Below are positions 8,998 through 18,850 of a stretch of 64,000 nt of DNA, piece after piece. Under the pieces are notes generated by a model. That model saw only the letters and a list, made by a program, of their open reading frames with translations, was not told the DNA's origin and did not search any database. Origin of the DNA: a bacterium (lineage in GTDB: Bacteria; Zhuqueibacterota; Zhuqueibacteria; Residuimicrobiales; Krinioviventaceae); contig CAXXMD010000003.1 of assembly GCA_963675755.2 (NCBI GenBank), positions 1,056,001-1,120,000 of the forward strand, read 5' to 3'. Both the position numbers and the translations under genes were made by a program. Every line of letters starts with the position of its first letter. Within the stretch, counting starts at the first letter, position 1.

Positions 8998-10125
8998 TTA
9001 CAATTCCATGGATTGTAAATATGCCTTTGCGTTTCCGGTTTCCAAAATCTCGCGTATTACCAATGCCGCTTTGTCATTGATCCCCTTGATGCTTTCCAAT
9101 TTATCTTTTAGCTCAGACACCGGCTCGCCTGTTTTTGCAAGTGACCACGCCGCATATCCATATGGACCTTTTTTACCTTTTAAGCGCATCATGTAATCCA
9201 TCTGTTCCAGCATCACAATTACCCGGTCTGTTTCATCCAGAATGTCATCAAACACCGGTTTAGGTACTCTTAGTGGTATATTGTGTTCTTTGGCAGCCTT
9301 GAGCAGGTTTGCATGTATCCAGTCATAGTATTTGCCAATTGCCTGCCCCCAACGATCGCCTTTGTAGATTTTACGATATTTGCCCAGCTCTTTAGGATAA
9401 TGCTTTTCAATCACAGATTCAAAATACTGCCGCTGACGACCATCTTTGAGCGTCATGCCGCCAAAGTGGATATAATCCAGTCCCGCGTCTGCCGCAGCTT
9501 TAACAGATCTCTCTATTTGCTCCTCAGAATCCGTTATAAAAGGAATAACCGGCAGCAGATACATGCCGCATATCACACCCTGCGCTTTAAACTTTTTCAA
9601 AGTCTCTAATCTTTTTAAAGGAGAGGGCACACCCGGTTCAAAAATCCGGCTAACATCCTCATCTACGGATGAAAAGCTCATGCTCAATAGTGTTCGCTGT
9701 TTTTCATGGATGCGGAGGAGTATATCCATATCCCGCTCCACCAGTGTGGATTTGGTCAGCACATGCACAGGATGATTAAAATATTCTATCAGCTCCAATG
9801 CGCCCCGGGCCAGTTTGTACTGCTTTTCAAGCGGCTGATAGCTGTCACCTACACCCCCGCCAAGCAATATAAAACTACGCTTCATGGGCTTGCGTTTTCG
9901 GGATGGATCCAACTCTCGTTTTAACAAGTCCAGCGCATTGGTCTTTACGCTAATATCGCAGCCAAATTCACCATCTACATAATACCCTTCGGCCCTGCCG
10001 TCACAATATGAACAATTGTGTGTGCACCCCCGGTACAGATTCATCCCATAGTAGCTTAAAAACCAGGATTCAATTTTCTTTTGTTTACGTAAAATGGATT
10101 TGGACTGGATCTCGTGAACGTTCAA
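8998..10125 (-). CDS. Radical SAM protein (spore photoproduct lyase-like) with C-terminal PolX-type helix-hairpin-helix domain
   Basis: YRGCTHNCSYC, DSYQPLE, LTKS, FEPG and PVIPFITD motifs; C-terminus LESIKGI...IREILETG; TTG start with GGAG. Confidence 0.85.
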   Translation of the reverse strand: MNVHEIQSKSILRKQKKIESWFLSYYGMNLYRGCTHNCSYCDGRAEGYYVDGEFGCDISVKTNALDLLKRELDPSRKRKPMKRSFILLGGGVGDSYQPLEKQYKLARGALELIEYFNHPVHVLTKSTLVERDMDILLRIHEKQRTLLSMSFSSVDEDVSRIFEPGVPSPLKRLETLKKFKAQGVICGMYLLPVIPFITDSEEQIERSVKAAADAGLDYIHFGGMTLKDGRQRQYFESVIEKHYPKELGKYRKIYKGDRWGQAIGKYYDWIHANLLKAAKEHNIPLRVPKPVFDDILDETDRVIVMLEQMDYMMRLKGKKGPYGYAAWSLAKTGEPVSELKDKLESIKGINDKAALVIREILETGNAKAYLQSMEL

Positions 10126-10145
10126 AGCTTATCTCCGGCGCGCAT

Positions 10146-11435
10146 TTATTTAAATTTTACAATCCCGCATGTAATATCGTCACTCTGCACTGCTTTGCCG
10201 GCGTGTTGCTTTAAATCTTTGTTAATCAAATCCAACAAATCGGATGCTTTCTTTTTCCGGTTTTTGGCAACCAGTTGAATCAGGCGTTCTTCGCCATAGT
10301 CTTCCTGTTTTTTGTTCCATGCCTCGGTAACACCATCCGAATAAAATACCAGCACATCTCGGGATTCAATCCGAATGGTTTCAATTTCAAACGGTACCTC
10401 CAGACTCCCCAAAAAGATCCCGCCATCGCTCAAAATCTGCGGTTTCTTTTTCCCTTTGCGAAACAAGTAGGTTGGATTATGACCAGCGTTAACGCTTTCC
10501 AATTCGCGTGATTTGTGATGATATACACCAATCCAAACGGTAACAAATTTATCAAAAGTGGTAGAGTCCATCAAAACCCGGTTCAGGCTTTTTACAAACC
10601 GCATGAGATCAAAAGAATCTTCCAGTTTTATAAAAGTCTGCAAATAAGAAAAAATGGTAGAAACAATCAATGCCGCGGGAATGCCTTTTCCCGTAACATC
10701 GGCAACCAGAAACAGACTGGAATCCTCATTGATACGGAGCACATTGTAATAATCTCCCCCCACTTCTTTGGCAGGTACCAGCATAGCTGCCGTATCCAGA
10801 TCATCATAATCCGGCAGTTTATCCGGTAAAAGATTCTGCTGGATTGTCCTTGCGGTATCCAGCTCCCGCTCAAGCGCCTCTTTTTCAACCTGTGTTACCA
10901 CCAGCCTGGCGTTTTCAATAGCAATAGCGCATTGCGAAGCCAGGGTCTCAAAAATATTCAAATCCTGTTGAGAAAAACCATTGCCATTCTTTTTGTTTAT
11001 AACTTGCATTACCCCTATCAACTTTTTCTTGCGCATCATGGGCACACAGATCATGTTCCGGGTTTTGTAATCCAACTTTTTATCATACCAGTCATCAAAA
11101 CGAGGATCATTATAGCAATCATCAATCAACAGCGGCTGTTTGTGCTTTGCCACCCACCCGGCCAGACCTTCTCCCAGCTTGACACAATGCCGCTTGACCG
11201 ATTTACCTTTACTGCCGGTAGCCACCTGAAAATACAATTTCTTTTCTTTTTTATCATATAACAGCAGAGAACTGGCTTCAACATCCATGACAATTTTACT
11301 GTCCTCAAGGATCTCATTCAATAGTTTTGATAAAGGCTTGGTTTCTGAAATTTTTTGCGAAACCTTGTGCAAAAAATTAAGCCGGTCAACGAGCGATCTC
11401 AAGTCAGCAATAGAATCCAACAAAGGTCCGGGCAT
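10146..11435 (-). CDS. GAF domain plus PP2C/SpoIIE phosphatase (RsbU-like)
   Basis: GAF (GEGLAGWV, DPRF, GVMQVINK); VGGDYY, ADVTGKG, YSDGVTEA and DDIT motifs. Confidence 0.92.
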   Translation of the reverse strand: MPGPLLDSIADLRSLVDRLNFLHKVSQKISETKPLSKLLNEILEDSKIVMDVEASSLLLYDKKEKKLYFQVATGSKGKSVKRHCVKLGEGLAGWVAKHKQPLLIDDCYNDPRFDDWYDKKLDYKTRNMICVPMMRKKKLIGVMQVINKKNGNGFSQQDLNIFETLASQCAIAIENARLVVTQVEKEALERELDTARTIQQNLLPDKLPDYDDLDTAAMLVPAKEVGGDYYNVLRINEDSSLFLVADVTGKGIPAALIVSTIFSYLQTFIKLEDSFDLMRFVKSLNRVLMDSTTFDKFVTVWIGVYHHKSRELESVNAGHNPTYLFRKGKKKPQILSDGGIFLGSLEVPFEIETIRIESRDVLVFYSDGVTEAWNKKQEDYGEERLIQLVAKNRKKKASDLLDLINKDLKQHAGKAVQSDDITCGIVKFK

Positions 11436-11484
11436 GGTAGTAACTCCCATCAATTCATAATCAAACAATAGTATTAAAACAAGC

Positions 11485-12801
11485 TCAATACATTTTTATT
11501 TCACTGTTATAATCCGAATAGTGTATATATTTTAAATTCGTCATCCAGAACACATGTGGCTGTACATCCGCGGGTGAAAACCAGGGCACAAAGGGTCTTA
11601 CATTGTCATACTGAGAATTCTGAGTAATTGCCGTATGGCTCCAGCTATTTCCCATATCATCCGTTACCCAGCGTTCAATCTCAAAAATACCGTTAACTTT
11701 ACGGCTCAAATAAACCACATTGGGGTTTTCATGGTCAAGCACTACACCACCCGAGTAATAAGTCTCCCGCTCTTCTTTGCCTTCGGGAGTTTGTGGAAAC
11801 CACGGTCCCGCCGGAGTGATCTCATGGTCCTGCCATTTCTGTCCGTCCCATCGCGCATAATGATAGCGATGGTCTGTCTCTTTGGGAAAACGTGTATAGA
11901 CGATAACAGGACGATCATCACTGTCTACTGCTACATCCCAAACCCAGGCACGCACACTGTCCTGTCGTGCATCATATACGCGATCAGCCTGTTGTGGTGA
12001 AAAGGGAATATTTTCAAAATCGATCATCTTTTCACCGTTGGCTTTATAAAACGCACCATCATGATAACAGGCATAATACACACTGTTGGTGGGTTCGTTT
12101 CGAGGGTGCCCATCGGTGAACAGGAAATGGATTTTCGATTTGTAATCCGAATAATATTTCACATACGGTCTGCGGTTCTTGTAAATCCGCTCCGGTAATA
12201 TGAACAATTTCGCCATAGACCAGGTCAACCCGCCATCATCCGAGATCGACACATTGGGCTTAAAATCCATACCCCGGTAGAACAAATAGATACGTCCATC
12301 TTCATTCGAAAGCTGATAGGGATTACTATAGGTATATGAATTTTTGGTCCCTTTTGGAAACGCGTCCACATCATTAATATACATACGTGAAATCGGTTCC
12401 CACTGGGTAATATCTTCAGGATTTGTAGAAATCCGCATATACATATCGTCATCACTATGACGAGAATAAAATGCCAGAATTCTGCCATCATCCCGAACCA
12501 GTATAGAGGGCACGTTATGATCGTCTTTTTCCAGTTTTTCATGCAACACAAAGGTATCAATTTTTTTGCTGCTGTGGTTATATGAGCCAATCATAATATC
12601 GCCCTGTTCTGTCACCCAGGCAGCATAAGTGCATTCTTTGGTACCTTTGTGATATATAGCACGAGGATCAGAGAACCAGCACCACACCCCATCATCTGTC
12701 AGGGAACTGTACTCTGATGCGGGCAAAGGTTGGTTCTTTTGACACCCCATAATAACAAACATGAATATAATACTTGAATAAAAAAGCTTTTTTAAAATCA
12801 T
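11485..12801 (-). CDS. BNR-4 repeat beta-propeller lipoprotein
   Basis: Lipobox IMGC; WCWFSDPRA, DDHNVPS, Asp-box SDDGGLTW and RPYVKY motifs. Confidence 0.75.
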   Translation of the reverse strand: MILKKLFYSSIIFMFVIMGCQKNQPLPASEYSSLTDDGVWCWFSDPRAIYHKGTKECTYAAWVTEQGDIMIGSYNHSSKKIDTFVLHEKLEKDDHNVPSILVRDDGRILAFYSRHSDDDMYMRISTNPEDITQWEPISRMYINDVDAFPKGTKNSYTYSNPYQLSNEDGRIYLFYRGMDFKPNVSISDDGGLTWSMAKLFILPERIYKNRRPYVKYYSDYKSKIHFLFTDGHPRNEPTNSVYYACYHDGAFYKANGEKMIDFENIPFSPQQADRVYDARQDSVRAWVWDVAVDSDDRPVIVYTRFPKETDHRYHYARWDGQKWQDHEITPAGPWFPQTPEGKEERETYYSGGVVLDHENPNVVYLSRKVNGIFEIERWVTDDMGNSWSHTAITQNSQYDNVRPFVPWFSPADVQPHVFWMTNLKYIHYSDYNSEIKMY

Positions 12802-12822
12802 CTGGTAATCCTTATCATTATA

Positions 12823-14133
12823 TTATTCATCAGCCATAATCCAGTCTCTTGAAAACCTTGCATATCTAATGGAGTTTCTTTTTCTGTCGTCTCCTCTTTT
12901 AAAATAGCTGTAGCAGACATGCAGCATTCCATCTTTGCCCTGTATCACTGCCGGATAGTGGTAACGATTTCCATCCTTGCCTCGTACATCCAGCTCGATG
13001 TGACGTTTGTAGGGCCAGGATTTCCCCTCATCTGTGGACAAATACACCGCCAAACTGTTCCGGCCTTCTTCAACATCATTGTCCAGCAAGACCCAGTCCC
13101 CATTATCGAGCGTTACAACATCCGCTCCCGCACCGGGATTAGGGATTTCGGTATCCTGAACCAGGCCCCAGGTTTCTCCTTTATCAGTTGAACGGCTGAC
13201 ATGCAGTCGTTTGGGTGGCGGACCATTATCGCGCATATAGGTTACCAGTTCTCCATCACGCGTTTTCGCAATGGCTGGTTGTATGTTTCCCAATCCGACA
13301 ATAGGAGCACTGGTATGCCAGTTCTTTCCCCAATCATCAGTAATCGCCATAAGCGAAAAACTGAATCCGTCGGAATAGAGGGGTAAAATCATGCGCTCGC
13401 CAATAACAAAAGGTTTGTTGCGGGTTTGCCATCCCATTCTACGAAACCAGGGATACCCCATGGATTGTTCATCATAACTGCCATCCTCGTGATACAACCT
13501 GCCGGAGCGCACCATATCATCACCTGCCGCATGGGCTATCAACTTTTCTTTCCGGTCCTGCCATTTTTTGCGCAACTCCTCAGTTTGGAACGCACCCTGC
13601 TTTTCAAGTAATGCTTCCTGCTCATTTACCTGCTTTTTAACAGAAGCAAGAAACGGATCTTCGGGCTGAATGCCTCGCCCTGATCCCGGTACCGGAATGA
13701 TATGCAAAACCTCCTGCCAATCCCATTTGGGCGGACCATCAGCCTCATACTCGGTTGCGATTTTATACTTTAACAGTGATGTTTCCCACTGGTGAGCTAT
13801 CACCGCGTAATAGAATAACCATAATTTCCCCTGCGGATCAATAAACAATACCGGATTGATATCGGGCAATCCCGGTGTATCAGCCAGTTCAAAGGGAGCA
13901 CTCCACTCCTGGCTGCCCTTTTTCAACCTGGCACCCATAATTCTTACATCCTCTGCCTGACGCTCGCCAGTCCCTTGAAACCACGCCACTATGATATCTC
14001 CATTGGCACATTCAACAAGAGTAGAACCATGCACATGTAGCTCCTGCAAAGGGAAAATTTGAGAATTCCATATGCCGGTATCCGCGGCAAGCACTACGCT
14101 CAAGCTCAATATAAAAAGAACAACTTTATTCAT
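12823..14133 (-). CDS. Exo-alpha-sialidase-like (BNR_2) protein
   Basis: HGSTLVE..NGD..AWF.G.GE; Asp-boxes TDDWGKNW, STDKGETW and STDEGKSW; YP near C-terminus; signal peptide. Confidence 0.8.
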   Translation of the reverse strand: MNKVVLFILSLSVVLAADTGIWNSQIFPLQELHVHGSTLVECANGDIIVAWFQGTGERQAEDVRIMGARLKKGSQEWSAPFELADTPGLPDINPVLFIDPQGKLWLFYYAVIAHQWETSLLKYKIATEYEADGPPKWDWQEVLHIIPVPGSGRGIQPEDPFLASVKKQVNEQEALLEKQGAFQTEELRKKWQDRKEKLIAHAAGDDMVRSGRLYHEDGSYDEQSMGYPWFRRMGWQTRNKPFVIGERMILPLYSDGFSFSLMAITDDWGKNWHTSAPIVGLGNIQPAIAKTRDGELVTYMRDNGPPPKRLHVSRSTDKGETWGLVQDTEIPNPGAGADVVTLDNGDWVLLDNDVEEGRNSLAVYLSTDEGKSWPYKRHIELDVRGKDGNRYHYPAVIQGKDGMLHVCYSYFKRGDDRKRNSIRYARFSRDWIMADE

Positions 14134-14246
14134 ATCCGCCACCTCTGTTTTTTCTGTATTATAACCCATTTTTTTATTACATTCAAGATCAAATCTTGAA
14201 CATTCAAAACTGTGTGTAAAGAATTGTAATAAACCCCGGAGGAATT

Positions 14247-16043
14247 GTGAAAAGATTATATTTACTTTTACTTGTCTCTATATTGCTCGTTTTAGCGGTT
14301 ACCCCGCTTTCCGCAAAAACATACAAGCTCTATTATCTTGGCGGCCAGTCCAACATGGATGGCTACGGCACCGTCAGTGAACTGCCTGCCGAGCTCAACA
14401 AACCCGTGCCCAATGTGCTGATCTATCAAAGCAGCCGTGAATCAGACAATATGCCGGTAAACGGCATTGGTAAATGGTCGCCTCTGATGCCGGGACATGG
14501 ACGCGGTTTCAAATCCGATGGTCTCACCAACACCTATTCCGATCGTTTTGGGCTGGAACTGACTTTTGGCAAACAAATGAGTGAGATGGACCCCACGATG
14601 CCCATCGCCCTAGTAAAATACTCCAGAGGCGGTACATCTATTCATCCCGATCAGGCAAGCAAAGCCGGTTGCTGGGATTCTGATTTTCACAGCGGCAACG
14701 GTATAAACCAGTACGATCATTTTCTGGCAACCCTGAGCAACGCATTAGCAGTTGATGACATTGACGGTGACGGCGAAAAAGATACACTCATTCCTTGCGG
14801 CATTTTGTGGATGCAGGGCGAGAGCGATGGCCGCGGTCTGAACAGTGCTGAAGCATACGAAGCCAATCTGAAAAAGCTGATGGACCAGATCCGTGCCGCT
14901 TTGCGTGTGGATGACCTGCCGGTTGTTGTAGGACGCATCTCGGATTCGGGACAGGAAGATGACGGCAAGGTTTGGGATTATGGCGATATCGTCCGTAAAG
15001 CAGAAGCCGACTTTTGCGAAAAAGATCCTTGCGCTGCACTGGTAACCAGTACGGACAATTACAGCTATTCCGATAAATACCATTATGACACTGCAGGCTT
15101 TATTGACCTGGGTATACAATTCGCAAACGCCATACACAAACTGGAACAAAAAGAATCCACCGCGTATCTCTTTACCTATTTCAACGGTAATGGCGAAGAC
15201 GGACTGCATTTGGCTTACAGTTATAATGGACTGGACTGGAAGGCCCTCAACAATGGTAAATCCTTTCTAACACCAAAAGTCGGCAGTGACAAGCTCATGC
15301 GTGATCCCTGTGTCATTCAGGGACCGGATGGCCTTTATCACATGGTCTGGACCGTTAGCTGGAAAGAAAAAGGCATAGGATATGCCAGTTCCAAAGATCT
15401 GGTGCACTGGTCAGAACAGAAATATATTCCGGTTATGGAGCACGAAGCCACCGCGCAAAATACCTGGGCGCCCGAAGTGTATTATGACGATACCACAGAG
15501 CAATACTATATTTTTTGGTCTACCACCATTCCCGGACGTTTCCCGGAAACGGATCACAAGGACCCCAACAATCCTGAAAAAAGTATGAAAAATCACCGCA
15601 TGTATTACGTCACCACCAAAGATTTTGATACATTCAGCGATACCAAACTGTTTTATGATCATGGATTTAATGTTATTGACGGCACCCTGACAAAGAATGG
15701 CGATCAATATGTCATGTATCTCAAGAACGAAACCGACCGACCCCTGACCCCGGAAAAGAACATTCGTATTGCAACCAGCGATAAAGCCGCCGGACCTTAC
15801 ACTGATGCATCGGAACCCATCACCGGAGATTACTGGGCAGAAGGCCCCACTGCTATCAAGATCGGGGACTGGTGGTATGTCTATTTTGACAAATATCGTG
15901 AACACAAATACGGCGCAGTTCGCTCCAAAGATCTGAAAAACTGGGATGATGTTTCGAACTGGATCACCCATCCTGACGATATGCGCCACGGTACCGTTTT
16001 CGAGGTACCGCAGTCCCTGCTGGATTCGTTGCTGAAATTGTAA
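14247..16043 (+). CDS. Sialate O-acetylesterase/CE6 (SASA) fused to a GH43-like beta-propeller
   Basis: GGQSNM, WMQGESD and DKYH in the N-terminal half; RDP, WAPE, IDG and AEGP in the C-terminal half. Confidence 0.85.
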   Translation: MKRLYLLLLVSILLVLAVTPLSAKTYKLYYLGGQSNMDGYGTVSELPAELNKPVPNVLIYQSSRESDNMPVNGIGKWSPLMPGHGRGFKSDGLTNTYSDRFGLELTFGKQMSEMDPTMPIALVKYSRGGTSIHPDQASKAGCWDSDFHSGNGINQYDHFLATLSNALAVDDIDGDGEKDTLIPCGILWMQGESDGRGLNSAEAYEANLKKLMDQIRAALRVDDLPVVVGRISDSGQEDDGKVWDYGDIVRKAEADFCEKDPCAALVTSTDNYSYSDKYHYDTAGFIDLGIQFANAIHKLEQKESTAYLFTYFNGNGEDGLHLAYSYNGLDWKALNNGKSFLTPKVGSDKLMRDPCVIQGPDGLYHMVWTVSWKEKGIGYASSKDLVHWSEQKYIPVMEHEATAQNTWAPEVYYDDTTEQYYIFWSTTIPGRFPETDHKDPNNPEKSMKNHRMYYVTTKDFDTFSDTKLFYDHGFNVIDGTLTKNGDQYVMYLKNETDRPLTPEKNIRIATSDKAAGPYTDASEPITGDYWAEGPTAIKIGDWWYVYFDKYREHKYGAVRSKDLKNWDDVSNWITHPDDMRHGTVFEVPQSLLDSLLKL

Positions 16044-16050
16044 TATTAAA

Positions 16051-16085
16051 AATCCCGGTTCTCTTTGAAAGATAGGACCGGGATT
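16051..16085 (+). terminator. Hairpin after the SASA-GH43 gene
   Basis: AATCCCGGTTCT/AGGACCGGGATT stem; weak U tail. Confidence 0.5.
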
Positions 16086-16145
16086 CATTCTAATATCACT
16101 TGAAGGGGATCAACAAGCTTAATTATTCTAACATCTTAATACCTC

Positions 16146-16552
16146 AACCACAGAGCCACAAAGAACACAGAGAAAAATAAAAGACAACCTCCCGAGGGCT
16201 GATAATCCCTCGGGAGGATTATTTCCAATACTGTTCTATCCCCATCAGTTCCAGGGCAGAGCCACTGGAACCAGAAACGAAAATTCCCGGGCCCTGAGTT
16301 CGAGTGAGTTCGCTTATTGCGAACGAGAGTATCGAAGGGCCGGAATTCGACTCTCTTACTCTTGCCCAAAAACTTAACCACAGATGCATCCGCCAGTGGG
16401 CAGACAGGCGCGGATAAAATCACGATCGCAACAGCGTTGATATCTGTCACGATCTTATTGGTTAAGGCTTTTCTCTGCGCTCTTGGCGTCTCTGCGTACA
16501 AGTTTATATTACTTGATTACACCCTCCCGAGGTGCTCACAGCCCTCGGGAGG
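16146..16552. repeat. Mosaic cluster of REP-like palindromes
   Basis: CACAGAG arm 16146-16176 vs inverted arm 16469-16497; CCTCCCGAGG..CCTCGGGAGG hairpins at 16188-16217 and 16523-16552; GTTCCAG..CTGGAAC at 16248; CCCTGAG..TCGAAGGG at 16292-16339. Confidence 0.85.
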
Positions 16553-16617
16553 ATGATTACATTACACATATATACCCATCCTAGTTCTGCGGTTCTGCGT
16601 TAAAACGCGTATCACCC

Positions 16618-17547
16618 CTATTTATAATCCGTGTTGACAATATAGCGAATACCATCCTCATACGATGTAGGTTTGAACCCGAACCGGTTTTCAAACTTGC
16701 TGCTGTCAAACACATAGTCCCGGTCATTCTGGTACATCATTTCAACCACCTCTTTCATGGTGATGTCAAACAATCCAATTATACGCATCATAAACCGGGA
16801 TGAAACCATATATTTAGGCTCAACACCCAGTTCCTTTGCAATGGCCTCTACCCACTCTTTACCCGTAAAAGGATTAGGCGCCGTGGGTAAATGCCAGACC
16901 TGGTTATAGGCTGCGTCTGTGTTGCCCAGCAAAGCCGTGGCTCTACCGGCATCCGGGGTATAGGTATACGAGTGCTTCTTGTTCGCGTCCGCCAGCCAGA
17001 TAGCCTTTTTACCACGCACCAGATAATTGAACACCGTTTCTGTTAATACGCTGGTTTTTTTAATCGACGGACCATAAAAATCCGCTGACCGGGCCACCAG
17101 TGCCTGCAACTTATCCTTTTCCACACTGTCAAAAATCATATCCACCAACGCTGCCCGTATTGCTCCCTTTTTGCTTACCGGACGGATGGGGGTTTCTTCA
17201 GTCATGTGCGACAGGTAATCCGGATCATACAAGTAAATATTGTCAAAAAACACCAGCTTGCTCTTGTGCGTCTTGCATGCGTCTATTACATTCTGCACAA
17301 TCACCGGCCATTTGGACTGCCATACTTTGAAATCATAAGGCAAACCTACCGTCAAATAGACCACATCAGAACCGTTAACCGCGTTTAGCACCTCATCGGG
17401 CTTGGTAAGATCGGCCGCTAAAAGCTGGTCTGTTTCATTCACTTTTTCAGGATTCCGACTCACCAGTCGGATATCCTCTGTATATTGTGTAAGGGCTTTA
17501 GCCAATTCCACACCAATGGCACCCCCGGAACCCAATATTGTCTGCAT
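16618..17547 (-). CDS. NAD-dependent epimerase/dehydratase (atypical SDR)
   Basis: ILGSGGAIG, FFDNIYLY and ARSADFYGP motifs. Confidence 0.9.
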   Translation of the reverse strand: MQTILGSGGAIGVELAKALTQYTEDIRLVSRNPEKVNETDQLLAADLTKPDEVLNAVNGSDVVYLTVGLPYDFKVWQSKWPVIVQNVIDACKTHKSKLVFFDNIYLYDPDYLSHMTEETPIRPVSKKGAIRAALVDMIFDSVEKDKLQALVARSADFYGPSIKKTSVLTETVFNYLVRGKKAIWLADANKKHSYTYTPDAGRATALLGNTDAAYNQVWHLPTAPNPFTGKEWVEAIAKELGVEPKYMVSSRFMMRIIGLFDITMKEVVEMMYQNDRDYVFDSSKFENRFGFKPTSYEDGIRYIVNTDYK

Positions 17548-17791
17548 AATATATATTCTCCTTTAATTCAAATTCTATTCGCTAAAAACAACAATCGCAA
17601 ATGCTGTTTCCATCCATATTTCTTGTGAACATACGCAGGTATGGGGCAGGTGTTTCAGGGTTTGTACTAGTTTCTTATTTATTCTGTATTATGCAACACG
17701 CTCATTTATCGTTCAAACATTGTCGAAATGATAACAGACATCTTTATGAAATCCTCTCAGAAATTGTCCTGATTTCCCTCTTCGTTTATTG

Positions 17792-18005
17792 GTTCCAGGG
17801 CAGAGCCACTGGAACCAGAAAAAAAATCCCGGACCCTGAGTGTCTGCCGTAGGCAGATGTATCGAAGGGAAGGGACTCTTGATGTACTTTTGGAAATCTT
17901 GATCTATTGATAAACGTAGATTAAAATACGATGGTGACAGAGATAATCTCTGTCACCATCAGTTTGATTAATGCTTTCTCTGGTATTCTTGTCAGCTTTA
18001 TATTT
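17792..18005. repeat. Second copy of the mosaic palindrome unit (direct repeat of ~16248-16510)
   Basis: 30 bp identical to 16248-16277, then CCCTGAGT..GTATCGAAGGG, then a perfect hairpin GATGGTGACAGAGA-TAA-TCTCTGTCACCATC at 17930-17960. Confidence 0.85.
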
Positions 18006-18057
18006 AAAAAAGTTATTTTCCGTAAAACAGATTTAACAATTGCTTACACAATCTTGC

Positions 18058-18086
18058 TTGCTTCAATTACGGCAATTTTATATATT
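18058..18086 (+). promoter_or_regulatory. Putative sigma70 promoter of the GT2 gene
   Basis: TTGCTT-17 bp-TATATT. Confidence 0.55.
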
Positions 18087-18124
18087 ATTAAACAGGTAAC
18101 CATCAACAAATCCCGGCGGCGAAC

Positions 18125-18850
18125 ATGGATCTGTCCATTATTATACCAGCATATAATGAGCACAAAAAGATAAGACGTGATATTTTAGAAGCATCTACGT
18201 TTCTTGAAAACCACAATCTTGAAGGCGAGATTATTATTGTGGATGACGGAAGTACCGATTATACAGCGGAATCTGCTATTCTTGCAGACGTTCCCCCGAA
18301 TATAAAAAAAGAGGTGATTCATTATACACCCAATCGCGGCAAGGGTTACGCGGTTCGTCAGGGAATGCAGGAATCTCTGGGCAAATATATCATGTTTATT
18401 GATAGCGGCAACACGGTGCCCTGGGAGCATGTTAATCGCGGATTGGAATTGTTACAATCCGACCAGTGCGACATTGCCAACGCCTCACGACGATTGCCTG
18501 AAAGCCGCATCGTACGTCCCCATCTCAAAGCACGACAAATCACTTCGCTCATTTTTCGTCGTGTTGCCAGATTACTGATGGGCATTCCGGACTGGGTCAC
18601 AGATACCCAATGCGGATTAAAAATGTACAAGGGAGACATTGGCCGCCGGTTGTATGCAGAATGCACCACCGACGGTTTTCTGTTTGATATTGAAATCTTG
18701 CTCAAAGCGTTGAAAAACAATTATCGGATCAAAGAATTCCCCATTGACTGGTATGCAGACGTGGACAGCCGGTTGGCGCCCACGCGCACCTTTATGAATA
18801 TGTTACTGGAAATGTGGGAAATCACCAAAGAAATGCGAAACTATCACTAG
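18125..18850 (+). CDS. GT2 polyprenyl-phosphate glycosyltransferase (Dol-P-Glc/Man synthase-like)
   Basis: SIIIPAYNE, VDDGSTD, NRGKGYAVRQG, DTQCGLK and FDIEIL motifs. Confidence 0.9.
   Translation: MDLSIIIPAYNEHKKIRRDILEASTFLENHNLEGEIIIVDDGSTDYTAESAILADVPPNIKKEVIHYTPNRGKGYAVRQGMQESLGKYIMFIDSGNTVPWEHVNRGLELLQSDQCDIANASRRLPESRIVRPHLKARQITSLIFRRVARLLMGIPDWVTDTQCGLKMYKGDIGRRLYAECTTDGFLFDIEILLKALKNNYRIKEFPIDWYADVDSRLAPTRTFMNMLLEMWEITKEMRNYH

Noticed and set aside
15411-16088. 225-aa antisense ORF
   Set aside because: Shadow of the GH43 coding strand with no recognisable motifs
16136-16556. ORFs of 121 and 79 aa in the palindrome cluster, and 17931-18173
   Set aside because: They run through palindromic repeats, with no clear RBS or protein-like motifs
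17560-17790. Possible gene remnant or 83-aa ORF upstream of the epimerase
   Set aside because: Hand translation gave no recognisable family; left unannotated
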